A DNA stretch of 64,000 nt from Candidatus Hermodarchaeota archaeon (GTDB taxonomy: Archaea; Asgardarchaeota; Lokiarchaeia; Sigyniarchaeales; SOKP01): positions 1 to 64,000 of the forward strand of contig JBHLLP010000003.1 in the NCBI GenBank assembly GCA_048885525.1. The letters run 5' to 3'. Position numbers and translations under genes: made by a program. The notes under the pieces are model-generated. The model was not told where the DNA came from. It did not search any database and worked only from the letters and a program-made list of their open reading frames with translations. Positions within the stretch are counted from its first letter, which is position 1. Every line of letters begins with the position of its first letter. This document shows positions 60,290-64,000 of the stretch, in pieces.

Positions 60290-62095
60290 TTACATTCCCC
60301 ACCAAGGATGTTCATGAGTTCTTTTTAATTTAATAAACTCCCTAAGAGCTTCTTTTTGATCAGTAGTTAATTCATCTATGAACTTTCCCATTAATTGTCG
60401 AACATGAGATTCTGGGATATTAACATAAAGAGTTTCATCTTTTTCTAAATCTCGTCCTATTTCAATACCACGGATAGAAATTGCTACATCTGAATCTTTA
60501 GGTGCTTTCTCTATTGTTTGGCCTTTATCTTGAATTTGATGTATTCTTCTAACTCTTTTACCTTTATCAGTTATTATAGGAACTTTTGGATATAATGTTC
60601 CAGCTTCAACATGTACACCAAAAACCGCCGGATCTGAATTCCGAAATATAAATTCTGGAAACATTTTCATCTTTGCTGGTAAAATTAGTTCACTTAATCC
60701 TTTAGCAGTATCTTCTGCTTTCCTTGTTTCTGCATACTCGATATATTCTTCTAGTAACCGATAAATAACGTTATTTGTGAAAATTCTAATATTATCATTA
60801 ATTGCTTGTTCATTAGCTTCTGGTAATATTGGAACATTAAAACCTAAAACTGTGGCAGAGTATGGATCCAATTGTTTAACGATATTCGCATTAATGATGT
60901 CTTCTTTTTTTATAGGTCCAACATCAGCAACGCTAATTTTTACACCATTTTTTGTGAAGTGATTTTCAAGTGCTTCAAGGGACCCTAAAGTATCTGCTTT
61001 TAAAACGACTCCTGCTTTATCAGTTTTTATCCTTATACTTTCAACTTCCGCAGCAATTTCCTCATATATAGATTCTTCTTCAGAAGGATCCGCAACACCT
61101 CTAAATGGAGATCCTGCTACAACATCATCGATATTAGGTGCTAAAATTTTAATTCCTGCTGCAGCACTGATAAAAGCGACAGAATCAAATTTTTGTCTTG
61201 GATCTCTTATTTCATCTAAAGGTTTAGGAATCAATAATGCTCTTACTTTCGATTTAATAGGTTTTTCTAGTCCTCCAACAATAAATTCATCCCCTTTTTT
61301 AATCATCCCATCATATATTAGAACATCCATAGTTTTTCCTTGTCCTTTTTCCTTTTTTACTTCTAAAACAACTCCCTTTGCAGATCCTTCAGAAAATCTT
61401 AGATTTTTTGTCAAGTATTGTTGGACTAATCCCATCAAAATTAATAAAAGAGTTGAAATACCCTCTCCCGTTTTACCACTCGTAGGTACAATTGCGATTT
61501 TTTTAGTAAAATCCTTAATTTTATCATAACGATCAATTCCTTTGAATCCTTCTTCTAAGAAATTTCCAATAATTTGTAAAATTTTATCATCTAAAAAGTC
61601 CTTCACATGTGGTTTTTGAAGATTATATGAATCGAGGAAATCCGCATCTTTTTTTGATTTCCATCCAGAAATTCTATCTATTTTATTAGCAGCAATAACA
61701 AAAGGAGTCTTTCTTTCTCTTAAAATCCGTACTGATTCCCAAGTTATAGGCATTGTTCCAGCAGTGACATCTATAACCAAAATTGCAATATCTGCAACAG
61801 CACCTCCTCTTCTTCTTAAGTTTAAAAACGCAGCATGACCAGGTGTATCTACAACTAATAACCCCGGAAGCCTAATATCCTTTTCAGCAAATTCTTTTTT
61901 AGATTTACTTAAAAATTCTTTTAGATCCTCAGTTGGAAAATAGGAAGCACCTATATGTTGGGTAATTCCCGCCGCTTCTCTTTGTTGAACTACAGTACCT
62001 CTAACATAATCTAGGATTGTGGTTTTTCCGTGATCAATATGACCAAGAATGCTCACAATTGGAGCTCTAATTATCTTGTTTTCAACCACAGTCAT
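60290..62095 (-). CDS. infB: Translation initiation factor aIF5B (IF-2)
   Basis: RAPIVSILGHIDHGKT, EAAGITQHIGA, DTPGH, NKID, KADTLGSLEAL. Confidence 0.97.
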   Translation of the reverse strand: MTVVENKIIRAPIVSILGHIDHGKTTILDYVRGTVVQQREAAGITQHIGASYFPTEDLKEFLSKSKKEFAEKDIRLPGLLVVDTPGHAAFLNLRRRGGAVADIAILVIDVTAGTMPITWESVRILRERKTPFVIAANKIDRISGWKSKKDADFLDSYNLQKPHVKDFLDDKILQIIGNFLEEGFKGIDRYDKIKDFTKKIAIVPTSGKTGEGISTLLLILMGLVQQYLTKNLRFSEGSAKGVVLEVKKEKGQGKTMDVLIYDGMIKKGDEFIVGGLEKPIKSKVRALLIPKPLDEIRDPRQKFDSVAFISAAAGIKILAPNIDDVVAGSPFRGVADPSEEESIYEEIAAEVESIRIKTDKAGVVLKADTLGSLEALENHFTKNGVKISVADVGPIKKEDIINANIVKQLDPYSATVLGFNVPILPEANEQAINDNIRIFTNNVIYRLLEEYIEYAETRKAEDTAKGLSELILPAKMKMFPEFIFRNSDPAVFGVHVEAGTLYPKVPIITDKGKRVRRIHQIQDKGQTIEKAPKDSDVAISIRGIEIGRDLEKDETLYVNIPESHVRQLMGKFIDELTTDQKEALREFIKLKRTHEHPWWGM

Positions 62096-62217
62096 TAAAT
62101 ATCACGAATTTCTATTTATAATTTTAAAACTTACTATTCTTTACTTAGTTAAATGTTATCCACCATTTGTTTAGAACTTTATTTTAAACTTAAGAATATC
62201 TTAAGAAAATTTAAGAA

Positions 62218-64000
62218 TTAATTGTTAAAAAGATATTTTTTTAAATATTGGGCAGTAAAGGATGATTTATTCTTAATAATTTCTTCTGGAACACCCTCTG
62301 TAACAATATTTCCACCTTTTTCTCCACCCTCAGGTCCAAGATCAATAATGTAATCAACAGATTTTATAATATCCATATTATGCTCAATTATAATTACTGT
62401 ATTGCCTTTATCTACTAACTTTTGAAGAACCTTAAGTAAGAAATTAATATCATATGATGATAATCCTGTAGTAGGTTCATCTAAGATATAAAGAGTGTTT
62501 CCTGTACTGGTTTTTCTCAATTCCCTTGCAATTTTTAAGCGTTGAGATTCTCCTCCACTTAAAGTGGTTGAGGATTGACCTAATTCTAAATAACCTAATC
62601 CAACATCTACCACAGTTTTTATTGTTCTTTTTAAATTTGGAAAACTATCAAAGAATTCTAAGGCTTGATGGAACGTCATTTTCAAAACATCATAGATTGA
62701 CTTTTCGCGGTATTTAATCTCTAAAGTTTCAACATTATATCTTTTACCCTTACATAAATCGCACTTAATATATACATCAGGTAAAAAATACATTTCTTTT
62801 AAGATATATCCCGTTCCTTTACACTTTTTACAGTGTCCTGCTTTTGTATTGAAACTAAATCTACCTTTTTTATACCCTCTCTCTCTCGATTCAGGTAATC
62901 CAGCAAAAATTTCTCTAATATAATCCAAAGCTTTTGTATAAGTTGCAGGAACAGATCTGGGTGTTCTACCTATTGGTGATTGATCGATATTAATAATTTT
63001 ATCTATTTTCTCATAACCAACAATTTTTTCAAACTTACCTTGATTAATTTTTGAACTCCGTATATTTATTAAATTATGGAGTCCTTTATATAAGCAATCA
63101 ATTATTAGGCTAGTTTTTCCAGCTCCTGAAACTCCTGTTATACAAGTAAATAAACCAAGAGGAATTTTTACATCAATTCCTTTTAAATTATTTTCTTCTG
63201 CTCCAACTAATTCTATAAATTCATTATCTATTGATCGTCTATTTTTTGGGATCAAAATTTTACGTTTTCCTGATAAATATTCTCCTGTTAAAGTCCTCGA
63301 ATTGATAATAACATCAATAGGTCCTTCAGCTACAATCTCCCCTCCCCTTTCACCAGCTAAGGGCCCTAAATCTATAATATGATCTGCATTACGCATTATT
63401 GCTTCATCATGCTCAACTACAATAACAGTATTCCCTAAGTCTCTTAACTTTTTTAGCATATTGATAAGACGATTGATATCTCTTTGATGTAACCCTATAC
63501 TTGGTTCATCTAATACGTATAATACTCCTACTAAGCTAGAACCTAATTGAGTAGCTAATCTAATTCTTTCTGCTTCCCCAACTGATAATGTGTCTGAACG
63601 TCGGTTTAAGGAGATGTAATCTAATCCAACATTTTCAAGAAAAGAGAGTCTATCTAAAATTTCTTTTAACACTTCCTTAACTATTACTTTTTCAGTTTCA
63701 TTTAAATTTAATTCTTTGAAAAATTTTAAAGAATCCTTAACAGCTAAAGCAGATAATTCAGCAATATCTAGTGAATTTATAGTTACAGCTAAACTTTCTG
63801 GCTTTAACCTCTTTCCATTACAATGTGGGCAATCTATCCGATTCATAAAACTTTCATAGGTATCACGTGCCCATTCTGAACGAGTTTCCATATATCTCCT
63901 ATGGAGTATTGGAATTATACCCTCAAAAGGTCTAGAGACTTGCCATGAAGATTTAAATTCTCCATTATGATTTCTATAGTCATTATTTTCACTTTCAAAA
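62218..64000 (-). CDS. uvrA: Excinuclease ABC subunit UvrA (5' part outside window)
   Basis: EAERIRLATQLGS, LDEPSIGLH, GVSGAGKT, DQSPIGRTPRS, LSGGESQR; frame open upstream of 63891 (...PFEGIIPILHRRYM) to window end. Confidence 0.97.
   Translation of the reverse strand, partial: FESENNDYRNHNGEFKSSWQVSRPFEGIIPILHRRYMETRSEWARDTYESFMNRIDCPHCNGKRLKPESLAVTINSLDIAELSALAVKDSLKFFKELNLNETEKVIVKEVLKEILDRLSFLENVGLDYISLNRRSDTLSVGEAERIRLATQLGSSLVGVLYVLDEPSIGLHQRDINRLINMLKKLRDLGNTVIVVEHDEAIMRNADHIIDLGPLAGERGGEIVAEGPIDVIINSRTLTGEYLSGKRKILIPKNRRSIDNEFIELVGAEENNLKGIDVKIPLGLFTCITGVSGAGKTSLIIDCLYKGLHNLINIRSSKINQGKFEKIVGYEKIDKIINIDQSPIGRTPRSVPATYTKALDYIREIFAGLPESRERGYKKGRFSFNTKAGHCKKCKGTGYILKEMYFLPDVYIKCDLCKGKRYNVETLEIKYREKSIYDVLKMTFHQALEFFDSFPNLKRTIKTVVDVGLGYLELGQSSTTLSGGESQRLKIARELRKTSTGNTLYILDEPTTGLSSYDINFLLKVLQKLVDKGNTVIIIEHNMDIIKSVDYIIDLGPEGGEKGGNIVTEGVPEEIIKNKSSFTAQYLKKYLFNN

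Noticed and set aside
62189-62220. TTAAGAA repeated three times downstream of uvrA
   Set aside because: Short AT-rich repeats without unique spacers; not a CRISPR array
2819-62717. Many short ORF-track entries overlapping larger genes (e.g. 2819-3049, 3728-3949, 12174-12407, 20530-20877, 26581-26841, 31749-32021, 38742-39296, 48766-48990, 60777-60962, 62526-62717)
   Set aside because: Antisense or alternative-frame shadows of well-supported genes, with no motifs of their own
1-64000. tRNA, rRNA, transposase/integrase and selenoprotein UGA read-through
   Set aside because: No GC-rich structured RNA segment, recombinase motif or split gene with an in-frame TGA was seen by eye; tRNAscan-SE/Infernal would be needed to exclude them formally

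Overview
Very AT-rich archaeal chromosomal window, most consistent with an Asgard archaeon of the Lokiarchaeia type (inference from gene content). It carries archaeal information-processing genes (S6e, L24e, Rpo10, L7Ae, S28e, the Rpo7-Spt4-DPCK-S24e-S27ae-Kae1-Bud32 cluster, TFB, Taw1, an EF-2 homologue, CCA enzyme, aIF5B) plus bacterial-type UvrA. Eukaryotic-signature-type genes are dense: two gelsolin-like proteins, two roadblock proteins, two Rab-like GTPases, an Arf/Rag-like GTPase and TPR/HEAT solenoids. An acetyl-CoA-centred cluster comprises E1 alpha/beta, acs and a CoA-transferase-GNAT fusion. No tRNA, rRNA, CRISPR array or mobile element was seen. Best leads: a 1086-aa pseudo-GTPase/solenoid protein near a multidomain Arf/Rag-like GTPase; a TPR-nitrilase fusion with an intact triad; a winged-helix-like insertion inside Taw1; a predicted tandem double K-turn over the L7Ae ribosome-binding site; an EF-2 lacking the HRG diphthamide motif; and a long perfect hairpin upstream of a DUF3303-like gene. 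All family calls come from motif recognition by eye; no database searches were run.
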